From: a virus
Taxonomy: Duplodnaviria > Caudoviricetes
Reading direction: 5' to 3' (one strand)
IMG/VR virus record: IMGVR_UViG_3300044981_000214
Length of the DNA: 64,000 nucleotides
The position numbers and the translations under genes were made by a program. Shown here piece after piece: positions 38,699-47,395 of the stretch. The stretch's first letter is position 1. Each line of letters opens with the position of its first letter. The notes beneath the pieces were generated by a model. The model was not told the origin of the DNA, ran no database searches, and was given only the letters and a program-made list of their open reading frames with translations.

Positions 38699-39289
38699 TT
38701 ATGACTTGTTCTGTTTATCTGCATGCTCAGCAAGCTGCTTGATTCGACTCATGGCCCACAGGACGTTCTTGGGGTACTGCAGCGTGGTGTAGATGCTCAC
38801 GCCGCTATAGCCTGCGCCATAACCAGCCAGAGCACACTGCAAACGGTCATCGTCAGCTAGACTAGCACAATGCGGATCGTGCATCCAGATTGTTAGCTCC
38901 TTGGCTCCGGTCTCGTAGGCGTAAACGAGATCGGTCCGCATCTTGTCACATTCCTCCCAAGAAATATTGCCGCCGGTCTGGCTGACACCGCAGTAATAAG
39001 TGGGAAACGCGTGGGGCGGCTTCTCGTGAGACGTCCAGGGCGTGGTAACGCGCTTGCAGTTCTTGCCGTCGTCATCACACTCACGACGTGAAAGCGCCAT
39101 GGTATCGTAACGCGATTCAATGAGTGCTTGGCCCAACAGTAATTCGACAGGAAGGCTGTATTTCTCGGCTGCCTTAGTAGCAGCTTCCACGTTGAGTTTG
39201 GCATTATCTTCAGAGAGGCTAAATGACGCACTCTGAGGAAGGTTAGCCGCCATACCGATGATCGCTGTAACGAGAGCTGGAATAGTCAT
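38699..39289 (-). CDS. lytic transglycosylase (SLT-like) with N-terminal export signal
   Basis: LLLGQALIESRYD (catalytic Glu), GVSQT, ALAGYGAG. Confidence 0.7.
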   Translation of the reverse strand: MTIPALVTAIIGMAANLPQSASFSLSEDNAKLNVEAATKAAEKYSLPVELLLGQALIESRYDTMALSRRECDDDGKNCKRVTTPWTSHEKPPHAFPTYYCGVSQTGGNISWEECDKMRTDLVYAYETGAKELTIWMHDPHCASLADDDRLQCALAGYGAGYSGVSIYTTLQYPKNVLWAMSRIKQLAEHADKQNKS

Positions 39290-39398
39290 TGTTGTTGAGG
39301 ACCCTATCTTGTCTGTTTGTCCAGATCAAGGCAGGAGCAGCAGGGATTATTTCGTAGGGTGTAAATCGTTCATTTCTGGTAAGATAGGAAATATCGCC

Positions 39399-39899
39399 AT
39401 GCCTGCTAAGAAACCTGCAGATGTATTGACTATTTCGGAGTTAGCTAAGATGTTCGGCTTGCCGGAATGGGACGAAGTCGATGAAATGAATCTAGATTAT
39501 TATTGGGAGCTTGCGAGGGGCTCTGAGGACGAAACTGAGGCCGAGTCAGCGGCTCAACAAGAGGTTTATGGGCAATGGTACGATGCTGTAGAACAAGTAG
39601 CTGCCAAACTGTTTGGCGAGTACGAGCTTGAACTAGGTCCGCGGAATACCAAAGATTCAGATCGACCGTACGAACTTCGTATTACGCCCAAGACGACATG
39701 GAATGATGCGGCTCAAAAGATCATCAATACCATCAATGGCGTAGGGCACTTTCATTTTTCTTCGCTTAAGGAATTCCTTGACTCTGGACCGTACACAGCA
39801 CGTCAGGCTGTTCTTGAACATCTTAGTTACGTGAGACGTGCGCCTGAGGTCTACGGTGACACTTCACCCCGTCAGCTGTACGAGAGGTATTTCCGGTAA
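39399..39899 (+). CDS. hypothetical protein
   Basis: Start moved to MPAKKP; TGgTAAGAT upstream. Confidence 0.6.
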   Translation: MPAKKPADVLTISELAKMFGLPEWDEVDEMNLDYYWELARGSEDETEAESAAQQEVYGQWYDAVEQVAAKLFGEYELELGPRNTKDSDRPYELRITPKTTWNDAAQKIINTINGVGHFHFSSLKEFLDSGPYTARQAVLEHLSYVRRAPEVYGDTSPRQLYERYFR

Positions 39900-39941
39900 T
39901 TTCTTGCTCTAATCCGGTTTAGACGGTATCGTTCGTTTGTC

Positions 39942-40298
39942 GTGCTAACCGTTACGCGTGAAGGCGCTACGCCCAACATGCTAAAGTACTATATCGTTGC
40001 CGACGAGGACGGCGGAGAAATAGCTATTGCGCGAGAACAGCTATTGAAAGATTGCACCTTCGGGCCTTTGAGAAAATACATTGATTCAGCCGTCAGTCTC
40101 CCAAGCGCTGATGCTGCCTGGCAGTATCTATTCTGCAATACTTCTATACGCGCGCTGCTGACACCAAGAACGTTAGCCAGGACCTGCGTTGATGCCGCAG
40201 TATTGATACCTAGCGGTAAGTTGCAGATCTGTTTTAGAGCAGAACCGAACGCTAAAGCTGTTTTCGCACTTGAATTTCGTCACACTCTATCTGCATAA
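39942..40298 (+). CDS. hypothetical protein
   Basis: ORF. Confidence 0.5.
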   Translation: MLTVTREGATPNMLKYYIVADEDGGEIAIAREQLLKDCTFGPLRKYIDSAVSLPSADAAWQYLFCNTSIRALLTPRTLARTCVDAAVLIPSGKLQICFRAEPNAKAVFALEFRHTLSA

Positions 40299-40306
40299 TT
40301 TAGTGA

Positions 40307-40648
40307 GTGGGATTCAAGATATTGATCTTTGCGTTTATTGGCGCTTCACTAGTATCAGTGCCTAAGGCATCTGCCGTACAAGACCCTGATGAACCTACAG
40401 CACCAATGCCTGACGCTAGGCCTGAACCACATGAACCGCCCCCGCTACCTGACCCGATTCCGGTTCCTCCAGAATCCCCGACTGATCCTGTAGAACTTCC
40501 TCCAGACCAAAATCCATTGCCCGATCCAGAAGACCCGCCTGACAGACCTGGGCCCGATGATTTTAGATATAGCCAAGACCTTCGCAGTTTAGACACGGCT
40601 GCCAGCCTACGCCGAAGCCTACAAAGATCATCCCGACGGGATGATTAA
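40307..40648 (+). CDS. exported Pro/Asp-rich low-complexity protein
   Basis: Signal peptide (..KASA) followed by P/D/E-rich tract. Confidence 0.55.
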   Translation: MGFKILIFAFIGASLVSVPKASAVQDPDEPTAPMPDARPEPHEPPPLPDPIPVPPESPTDPVELPPDQNPLPDPEDPPDRPGPDDFRYSQDLRSLDTAASLRRSLQRSSRRDD

Positions 40649-41042
40649 TCTCGTCCGGTTGCTGCCTGCAAGCCGGACATTGTCGAAGGGCGATCACGCG
40701 ATCGATACACTGCTTAGCCGTCTCATTTTCTTTGGGATCGAGGCTGAGACAAATATAGTCGGTGTCAGTTACTATTGCGTTCGGATCGCCGGTATTTAGC
40801 CGCTCAGCAGCAGCACGAAAGGCATCTGCCTGAAGAGGCACGAAGATCTTGTCTGAATATATGTGATATCGATATCGTGTAAGGTCACCGTAACTGATTC
40901 GATAACTACGATTTCCTGCGACGTGGAATCCCCAATCCGGGCCTTCTTCAATAACTAAGCGTTCCGCCTTAAAATCAGCTTCGATGTTATTAAGCACCAA
41001 TAAAGCCTGCAGGGCTTCCAATTTCTCACGGGGAAGTATCAT
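40563..41042 (-). CDS. hypothetical protein
   Basis: CPAC and CLNC motifs. Confidence 0.5.
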   Translation of the reverse strand: MILPREKLEALQALLVLNNIEADFKAERLVIEEGPDWGFHVAGNRSYRISYGDLTRYRYHIYSDKIFVPLQADAFRAAAERLNTGDPNAIVTDTDYICLSLDPKENETAKQCIDRVIALRQCPACRQQPDEINHPVGMIFVGFGVGWQPCLNCEGLGYI

Positions 41043-41217
41043 GAATCGTACCTGTGCCCGCGGCATTTAAAATATCAGCGCAGCGTGCTCGATGTCCTGG
41101 CCAGTTATGGCCAATCACACGTTCGAAATAACGGGCCATGGTTCGGTCGCCTTTGGCAGCGAACTTTTGGCTAGTGGTGTGCAATAGCTCGTCTGTGACG
41201 TCAGCAACGGTCAGCAT
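41026..41217 (-). CDS. hypothetical protein
   Basis: ORF in operon. Confidence 0.45.
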   Translation of the reverse strand: MLTVADVTDELLHTTSQKFAAKGDRTMARYFERVIGHNWPGHRARCADILNAAGTGTIHDTSP

Positions 41218-41511
41218 TTATGGAATCCTATTTTGGAACATCGTGTCAAGCGAAGCTTCATCTGTGCCGTACATATCCTTGAACTCTTTCCGCGTCATCG
41301 GCCATCTGCCCTTTAATGCACTGCGCAGGTCTCGCGCCCATCGTTGCATCTGTGATACAGCACTAGGCGGCATATTAGCGAAGTCTCCAGTATATGGGAC
41401 ATGTTGACCGCCTTTGCCACGACTCTCGAAATTGGCAATGGCACCTTCAAAAAGGTCGATAACTGCCCATATCGCAGCTCGTAGGCGTTCGGTTTCGTTA
41501 TCACCGGGCAT
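41218..41511 (-). CDS. hypothetical protein
   Basis: GAGGAG RBS. Confidence 0.55.
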   Translation of the reverse strand: MPGDNETERLRAAIWAVIDLFEGAIANFESRGKGGQHVPYTGDFANMPPSAVSQMQRWARDLRSALKGRWPMTRKEFKDMYGTDEASLDTMFQNRIP

Positions 41512-41514
41512 GAA

Positions 41515-41790
41515 TTAAATCTCCTCGAAATCAAACGTATTGAAATCGCCACCTTGATGCTCACATAACGTCCCATAAGTCATAGGAACACAAACACCAT
41601 CAGGGGATTGGATAGCCCAACGACAAACACGCGCGAGTGGACAGTGTATTTTCTTGGTCAGGTTACCTACAGGAATCGTTTCAGGTGCTGTACATCGTTT
41701 GGCTAGCTTACCCCACCAAGCATGGCATTGAGTACAGGGCTCGTGGGTTAACTGTGTCACGCCTCCGACGGACGGACATTGAATCTTCAT
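41515..41790 (-). CDS. Cys-rich hypothetical protein
   Basis: 8 Cys. Confidence 0.5.
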   Translation of the reverse strand: MKIQCPSVGGVTQLTHEPCTQCHAWWGKLAKRCTAPETIPVGNLTKKIHCPLARVCRWAIQSPDGVCVPMTYGTLCEHQGGDFNTFDFEEI

Positions 41791-42149
41791 GATGATAATG
41801 GCTTAGGGCACTGCCTAAGCGCTTCCTTGATCACATGGTCAACAGGTGCGTCGTTGCCGAGTTTGGCTTGAGCTGCATCGACAGCAGGAAACGCGACTCC
41901 AGGTTTGAATCCTAGTGTAGTTAGCGCCTTCCTGGCGTCATCACGAGTAGCCTTAGAATTGTATCCCGTATCGCCGGGATCACGCGAACGTGCTTGAACC
42001 ACACGTCTTGGAGCGCAACCCTGTGCGCTCGAATCTATTTGCTGGCGACGGTTCCCTCTAATTCGATCGGCTACAGCATCGATGACAATGCCGAACGCGA
42101 CTAGAAGCGCACCTGTACCAAGCAAGAAAATGTCGTTCCATGACAACAT
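41787..42149 (-). CDS. membrane-anchored protein with RuvA C-terminal-like domain
   Basis: N-terminal TM; DARKALTTLGFK...AV.......VIKEALR. Confidence 0.6.
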   Translation of the reverse strand: MLSWNDIFLLGTGALLVAFGIVIDAVADRIRGNRRQQIDSSAQGCAPRRVVQARSRDPGDTGYNSKATRDDARKALTTLGFKPGVAFPAVDAAQAKLGNDAPVDHVIKEALRQCPKPLSS

Positions 42150-42271
42150 CTAAAAAGCTCGCCACATCCAGTAGGCAATGCAGATCAGGACAATCTGAAC
42201 AAAGAGAAAGTGTAGCGCAAAGGCAACTAGAGCGCCTAAGTCGCCGTTGTGAAGCCATTTAAGGAGATTCT

Positions 42272-42487
42272 TCATTTGCACTTTCTCAGCAGCTCCGAGT
42301 CGAAATAGTGCGAGCCTGCCCCTCCTGCCCAAACTTCACGGCCACCGCAACGCTTGCAGGTACGAACAGACCCGAACCTGTCATTGCTGGCGCAAGCGAC
42401 TATCGTTGACTCTTTGCGGCCGAATTGATGCGAAGCATCCGGCTTCGCATCCATCATGACCATTTCCATGTTAAGGGCGTAGATCAT
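42272..42487 (-). CDS. hypothetical protein
   Basis: CKRC motif. Confidence 0.45.
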   Translation of the reverse strand: MIYALNMEMVMMDAKPDASHQFGRKESTIVACASNDRFGSVRTCKRCGGREVWAGGAGSHYFDSELLRKCK

Positions 42488-42774
42488 AGAGCGAGCGCTC
42501 CAACGCCAACCCAGCCAAAATCGCCGGTATCAGTCTCTACCAGAGCGTCCAGGTATTCAACCTGTCCAATGTCCTTGTAGGAATAGCCTTCACCGTCGGC
42601 CCACTTAGAATAGTCGATGACTATGGTCTTGATGCGCACCACTGTCCCTGCCTTGAAGACGTCAATGACAGGAGAATTTTGGGTCTGTTCGCCGTTGATA
42701 GGCTCACGGCGCATCTGAACCCCGGCTGACGTCTTAGCCTTGACGGTAGCCCCTACAACAATTTCATTCGACAT
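42484..42774 (-). CDS. hypothetical protein (SH3-like beta composition)
   Basis: Start moved to MSNEIV. Confidence 0.5.
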   Translation of the reverse strand: MSNEIVVGATVKAKTSAGVQMRREPINGEQTQNSPVIDVFKAGTVVRIKTIVIDYSKWADGEGYSYKDIGQVEYLDALVETDTGDFGWVGVGALAL

Positions 42775-42982
42775 TAGGAGACCTCGCGACCCATTGCCAT
42801 CCAAGCTCATCTCGAACGATATTGAGCCAATCCGCACAATCGCAATCGGCCATCAACGGGTATTTATAGAATTGAGATTTGTAGAATTGAGCGTAGTCCT
42901 TATGAAAAAGAACGATTCCAAGCAACGCTGCAGTGATGTTGTCCATGCCGGACATGGGATGAGGTGGAATAACGTAGTCCAT
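42764..42982 (-). CDS. hypothetical protein
   Basis: ORF in operon. Confidence 0.45.
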   Translation of the reverse strand: MDYVIPPHPMSGMDNITAALLGIVLFHKDYAQFYKSQFYKYPLMADCDCADWLNIVRDELGWQWVARSPNVE

Positions 42983-42983
42983 G

Positions 42984-43241
42984 TTAATCCGCCGACTTCT
43001 TCATGCGCGTAGTCTTGGCGTAGAAAGCATCCGCTCCGTTATTAACAGCTTCTTCGTAGGCCTCGTTTGCCTCAGCCTCATCACGGTAGAAGGACACCGT
43101 GGTCTCGACGCCCCAGAAAGCAACCACAACCCAAGCACGGCCCTTGGAGGTGTCCCACGACTTCGGAGTAGCACTTGAGCCCTTGGGGTGCACAGCGGCA
43201 ACGCGGTCATCATAAGACGATTTATTCGGCTTATTGCGCAT
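42984..43241 (-). CDS. hypothetical protein
   Basis: GGAGG RBS. Confidence 0.55.
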   Translation of the reverse strand: MRNKPNKSSYDDRVAAVHPKGSSATPKSWDTSKGRAWVVVAFWGVETTVSFYRDEAEANEAYEEAVNNGADAFYAKTTRMKKSAD

Positions 43242-43242
43242 T

Positions 43243-43413
43243 TTACGCAGCCTCCCTCTTCAGGAACGTGCAGAAAATCTGCCCATTGCCCCTCAAATCG
43301 GTGCAGTAAACGACGCCACGATCCTCAAGCTCGTGAGCGATCTTGGTGTCAATCCACATCTCGCCATAAAGCTCGATGTCGCGGGCGATACGATTGAGTC
43401 GGTTGTTCTTCAT
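43243..43413 (-). CDS. hypothetical protein
   Basis: Start moved to MKNNRL, 11 nt after ECF-like motif. Confidence 0.5.
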   Translation of the reverse strand: MKNNRLNRIARDIELYGEMWIDTKIAHELEDRGVVYCTDLRGNGQIFCTFLKREAA

Positions 43414-43423
43414 TTGCGTCAAT

Positions 43424-43449
43424 AACGATCGTGGATAGACGGTTATTTC
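43424..43449 (-). promoter_or_regulatory. ECF-sigma-like promoter
   Basis: GAAAT-N17-CGTT. Confidence 0.6.
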
Positions 43450-43657
43450 TGGTTCTTTGTCCCACCGCACAAATATCCAGCAGGCGACAGTGGGCAGTCT
43501 TCTTCATGCATTTCTAGACCGTCACAAATAGCGCATGTCTCTAGTTCCTCAAAATCAATGACTTTAGCAATTGTCCCGAGGGCTGATTGAAGCTGGTTGA
43601 TAGAAGGCAAGTCCGGGCCTGGAACCTCGACTTCAATATAAATAATGCGTTTGGACA

Positions 43658-43978
43658 TTAGTCGGTCCAATCTGCTGTAGCAATCTTGTGACAGGATTCA
43701 CAAAGGCCATCAACGTACTTAATTCGCCGCTTGTCGCAAGAATGACACATCACACGATGCGCAGGCGGCACATCGGGTGACTTCTTCAATGCGGTGATGA
43801 GGCGCTGAATCAACCTGACAGCATCCCGGTTAACGTCATGGGACTCCCAGTCTACATCAATCCAGTGCTGAATCTGTTCAAGCTGTTTAGCTGTGACAGG
43901 TCCTGAACGATTAGCAAGCCAGTGCAGGCTGACAGCGTCTAGTTTGGATCTAGTCATCGTCTCGCTCTTCAACATCAT
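43658..43978 (-). CDS. hypothetical protein
   Basis: CHSC and CESC motifs. Confidence 0.5.
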   Translation of the reverse strand: MMLKSETMTRSKLDAVSLHWLANRSGPVTAKQLEQIQHWIDVDWESHDVNRDAVRLIQRLITALKKSPDVPPAHRVMCHSCDKRRIKYVDGLCESCHKIATADWTD

Positions 43979-44177
43979 TTAAGCGATCTCTAAGGTCCGT
44001 TACACTGCTTGCGAGAATTCTTTCTGAACCGTCATAGGTAAAGCCGTCGTGGAGGATAACCATGACAAAACTAAAATCGCCTTCGCTCTCCTCGACTGTA
44101 GCTTGACGTATAAGAGCGATTCTAAAGTCCTTAGCGACGTGGTTCCACTTGGCTTTGCCTGTTATATTCTTGTTCAT
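43950..44177 (-). CDS. hypothetical protein
   Basis: ORF in operon. Confidence 0.5.
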   Translation of the reverse strand: MNKNITGKAKWNHVAKDFRIALIRQATVEESEGDFSFVMVILHDGFTYDGSERILASSVTDLRDRLNDVEERDDD

Positions 44178-44206
44178 TACGTTGCCTTTGTTTGCCTTTG
44201 TAAATA

Positions 44207-44425
44207 CTACTTACACCCGGGTCCGCAGCCGCCCGCAGCGATGCAACGCTTACACGTAACCTTACTGGGATCGTCAGTCGTGTTGGCGTTGGGCGGAATT
44301 TCTGTACGCTCACGACACCACAGGGTGTCGCCTCGCGAGCCGATCGTGCCTCCCTCGATTAGAAGGTGCGTAACTGTGCGCCAGTGCGGTCTACGAATTC
44401 GCGCTGCAAGGCTTCTTGCAGTCAT
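44207..44425 (-). CDS. hypothetical Zn-binding protein
   Basis: H...C...VTCKRC. Confidence 0.5.
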   Translation of the reverse strand: MTARSLAARIRRPHWRTVTHLLIEGGTIGSRGDTLWCRERTEIPPNANTTDDPSKVTCKRCIAAGGCGPGCK

Positions 44426-44429
44426 GATG

Positions 44430-44912
44430 TTACTCGGTCTCGATTCCGAGGACCTTGACCTTTGGGAAGTCGTCCGTCTCGATTCCGAGGACCTTGATCA
44501 GCAGGTCACGAGCAGCGTCCAGTGCTCCCTCAGCCGACCCCAGGTCACCGTACTTACGGGCCGTACGAGACACGTCCAGATGGCTGATAGCGCGTGCGAT
44601 CATGTCAACGGCCTCGCCAGCACCAAGCTTCTCGACAAGATAAGCAGCGCGCTCGCGGTTAGTTTCCGAGATATGCCCCACCATTTGATCCATCTCTGTA
44701 GTCTGCACTGCGCCTCCGGCTACGGCCGTCACAAAGAACGGATAGCTTCGCGTGATCTCGGTCTCCAGCTTAGGCTTAGCCTTGTCATTCTCCTGGGAGT
44801 AGATCTTAATAGTCCACACCCCAGGCCGTGCCTTGGAAGCGTTAAGCGGGTTCAAATAAGAAGTAGTAGGATAAGAAGTAGTAGGAGCAATCTTGGTGTT
44901 TGTGTCCTTCAT
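44430..44912 (-). CDS. hypothetical protein with short internal duplications
   Basis: PTTSY x2 and KVLGIET x2. Confidence 0.6.
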   Translation of the reverse strand: MKDTNTKIAPTTSYPTTSYLNPLNASKARPGVWTIKIYSQENDKAKPKLETEITRSYPFFVTAVAGGAVQTTEMDQMVGHISETNRERAAYLVEKLGAGEAVDMIARAISHLDVSRTARKYGDLGSAEGALDAARDLLIKVLGIETDDFPKVKVLGIETE

Positions 44913-44920
44913 ATCAACCC

Positions 44921-44946
44921 AACGCCACTCTACTAGCGCCTATTCC
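44921..44946 (-). promoter_or_regulatory. ECF-sigma-like promoter
   Basis: GGAAT-N17-CGTT, ATG 9 nt after CGT. Confidence 0.65.
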
Positions 44947-44963
44947 AAAAATCAAGTCAAGAG

Positions 44964-45551
44964 CTAGTCGTCATCCGAAACTCCCCCAAGTCCTTGTACC
45001 AGCGTACCTAACGCCGGAGGTCTTAACCCGGCCTTAAGGTAAGGGTAAGCCAAAGCTGTTGGCTGTGACTTAGCCATCTCGATAGCCACCATGCAGGTTT
45101 GCCTGATGGACGAACATACAGGAATATTCGGGTACGAGAGCTGTAGTCGCCTACGTAGGTAGGCCCCTCCAGTAAAACCCCGTTCAAACCCCACGACTAC
45201 ACGGGCAAGGCCTGCCTGCGACTTGATAGCCCACTCTCCAAGCTCGAATCGTGCCGCTTGGGCATAACTGCGATTGCAGCGGTGCGAAGTCTCCTTTGGA
45301 AAAAGAAAAAGCTGCACCCCGTTGACAGCTGCTTGCTCTTGCAACACCCGCGACCATTGAAGCTGATCTTCGAGCTTGCCGTTAAACGATTTGGCGCGTG
45401 GGTTAGCAAAGTGCATATTTCTTGACGCGTGCTGCGTCAAAATCGCTAGTGCTTCGCGTTGCCACTCCGCACAGCCCTGAATGGGACCATTCAAGTATAT
45501 CAACGGCTCGGATAAAGGCTGTTGAGGGAGATCAGGTGCAGTGAAAATCAT
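44964..45551 (-). CDS. nucleoside 2-deoxyribosyltransferase-like protein (second type)
   Basis: IYLNGPIQG..EWQ, ANPR, QLQW, RFELGEW. Confidence 0.75.
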   Translation of the reverse strand: MIFTAPDLPQQPLSEPLIYLNGPIQGCAEWQREALAILTQHASRNMHFANPRAKSFNGKLEDQLQWSRVLQEQAAVNGVQLFLFPKETSHRCNRSYAQAARFELGEWAIKSQAGLARVVVGFERGFTGGAYLRRRLQLSYPNIPVCSSIRQTCMVAIEMAKSQPTALAYPYLKAGLRPPALGTLVQGLGGVSDDD

Positions 45552-45566
45552 GGTAAACTATTTAAT

Positions 45567-46178
45567 ATGCAACCGCTTGGGGATGTACAACCGACCCAAC
45601 AAATTTTCGAGTTTTCTTGTGGCAGTGCGGCATTAAAGGCCGTTCTAAAGCATTGGGGTATGGATGTTGACGAACCGACACTAATTGATCTTATCGGTGT
45701 AGACCCAAAGACAGGTAGCACTGCGTACCAAGTCGAGCGTGCCGCAAAGAAGCTCGGGTATCAAGCCATAACTTTTGAGTTCGACAACGTGGAGGAACTT
45801 AAACCTTTCGTCGACAATCACGTGCCCGTCATCATGGCTATCCAGAGCTTCAAACGGCCAGATCAAGGGCACTTCGTCGTCGGAACGAAAGTCCAAGACA
45901 ACACAATCGATATTATGGACCCAAACGTCAAAGGCAACTGGCGGACGATCTCGAAAGCTGAAGCTACTCGACGCTGGAAGTTTCGTGACAACGTGGGCAT
46001 TGTGGTAACGCCTAAGTCAGGTTTGGGGGAATTGGATTGGGTACGGTCAAGAAATCGGCAAATGTACGATTATGGTCGTGGGGTTGGAATTGCCGAAGAT
46101 GCCACCTGTAATCCACTTCTTTGGGCCGTCGGAGGGATAGCTGCTACGTTAGCTGCGGTGTGGCTGATTACGCGCTAG
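45567..46178 (+). CDS. stand-alone C39-family cysteine peptidase with C-terminal membrane anchor
   Basis: Q....SCGSAAL..VL..WG, GHFVV, IMDPN; TM tail; start moved to MQPLGD. Confidence 0.85.
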   Translation: MQPLGDVQPTQQIFEFSCGSAALKAVLKHWGMDVDEPTLIDLIGVDPKTGSTAYQVERAAKKLGYQAITFEFDNVEELKPFVDNHVPVIMAIQSFKRPDQGHFVVGTKVQDNTIDIMDPNVKGNWRTISKAEATRRWKFRDNVGIVVTPKSGLGELDWVRSRNRQMYDYGRGVGIAEDATCNPLLWAVGGIAATLAAVWLITR

Positions 46179-46444
46179 CACTTTTCTTTGAAAACGGCGT
46201 CTCCGCCACCCCACGATGTTCCTATTAGGCCAAACAACAGTGAAAATAGAAACGAGTTGTTAGGACAGCCCGACGGTGAAGCTGAGGGCGATACTTTATC
46301 GAACATAATATCTGCTAAAACGCCTAAAGCTAACCCGACGCTACTTCCAATTGCTACTCCTTTAATGTATTGGCCTTGCGTAATAGGGCACGCCGTTTTA
46401 GTTGTATCTCCTAATTGGTGCACATTTCGCCTATTTCGTCTCAT
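46175..46444 (-). CDS. two-TM protein with basic leader and QLG|D motif
   Basis: MRRNRRNVHQLGDTT; TGTGATAAT-N6-ATG. Confidence 0.6.
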   Translation of the reverse strand: MRRNRRNVHQLGDTTKTACPITQGQYIKGVAIGSSVGLALGVLADIMFDKVSPSASPSGCPNNSFLFSLLFGLIGTSWGGGDAVFKEKC

Positions 46445-46461
46445 CTTCTGATTATCACACG

Positions 46462-46489
46462 AAAAAAAAAAACACTAGCGCGAAGTAGT
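46462..46489 (-). terminator. possible intrinsic terminator after tnpB remnant
   Basis: Weak ACTA..TAGT stem followed by an 11-nt T run on minus strand. Confidence 0.4.
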
Positions 46490-46521
46490 AAGACCTAATT
46501 ACGTGCCTATCCGGTTAACGC

Positions 46522-46852
46522 TCATTGAGCAACCCGGCTTCCCTCAACAGGAGGCTGATGACAGATCTTAGCTAGATCTACCAGCTGTCTTTTCGACAAC
46601 GCACTCAGCCCGAGATTAAGTATGTTCTGTGCCGAGTTCACGTCTCGGTCGTGGCTAGCGCCACATTCAGAACATACCCATTCCCTTATTCCAAGACCTG
46701 CGATACCTTTCGGCCTCGACTCGGGGATAATTCCACAAGCCGAACAGGTTTGGGTCGTGAAACGCTCTGACACTTCTTCGAATATCCCTTGGCGCCTTCT
46801 GGCCTTGTAATCAAGGGCTTGTTTGGAAGCGTACCAGCCTGCATCATAGATT
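46522..46852 (-). pseudogene. tnpB: 3' remnant of a second tnpB (Zn ribbon, RuvC-III, omega-RNA region)
   Basis: In-frame IYDAGW....LDYKA...EVSERFTTQTCSACG..PKGIAGLGIREWVCSECGASHDRDVNSAQNI; N-terminal two thirds absent. Confidence 0.88.
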
Positions 46853-47124
46853 GTTGGGTTCTCGCAGTACCGACAGACCTAACAAATGCTCTACAGGCAG
46901 TATTGAATATAGGCAATCATGACTTGGCGAAAGAGTTAGCGAATGATGCAGGCTGGTCTCTAACATTGGTTCATACCTTCCAATCCTGGGGACCGAATTA
47001 TTACCAGTTGAGCATCAGAAGTGAGACGCCCCCTTTATTTGAAAGACATATGTATTTAATCTACATAGACCGTGTATTAGAATACGTTCCCTGCCCCAAG
47101 GAACGTGTTCATACCTATGTGTAA
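46789..47124 (+). CDS. hypothetical protein (paralog of next gene)
   Basis: ALQAVLNIG...AKELANDAGW; true start uncertain. Confidence 0.5.
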   Translation: MAPSGLVIKGLFGSVPACIIDCWVLAVPTDLTNALQAVLNIGNHDLAKELANDAGWSLTLVHTFQSWGPNYYQLSIRSETPPLFERHMYLIYIDRVLEYVPCPKERVHTYV

Positions 47125-47389
47125 CGACGGCGAGACTAGCCACGATTTCCTTGAGGCTCTTCAGGCCTTACTAAGGGTAGGTACAGACGAGGCTAAAGGC
47201 ATCGCGAAACAGCTTTGTCTCGATGCAGGATGGATACTAACCACCTATTCCAGCTTTGATAACGAGCCCTTTTGGGAACTGCAAAATTTTACAAGATACC
47301 CTGGTAAAGTCTTATATAGATATGTCCTCACTGATCGGATATCCGATTTGAAGACTTGGTACCCTGACACACTTGATATACTGGAGTAA
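47105..47389 (+). CDS. hypothetical protein
   Basis: ALQALLRVG...AKQLCLDAGW. Confidence 0.55.
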   Translation: MFIPMCNDGETSHDFLEALQALLRVGTDEAKGIAKQLCLDAGWILTTYSSFDNEPFWELQNFTRYPGKVLYRYVLTDRISDLKTWYPDTLDILE

Positions 47390-47395
47390 CAACCC

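Noticed and set aside
40300-40596. Gly/Ser-rich minus-strand ORF
   Set aside because: Reverse complement of the Pro-rich gene, which has a signal peptide
44049-44936. 295-aa plus-strand ORF
   Set aside because: Antisense shadow of three minus-strand genes that have their own promoter motif
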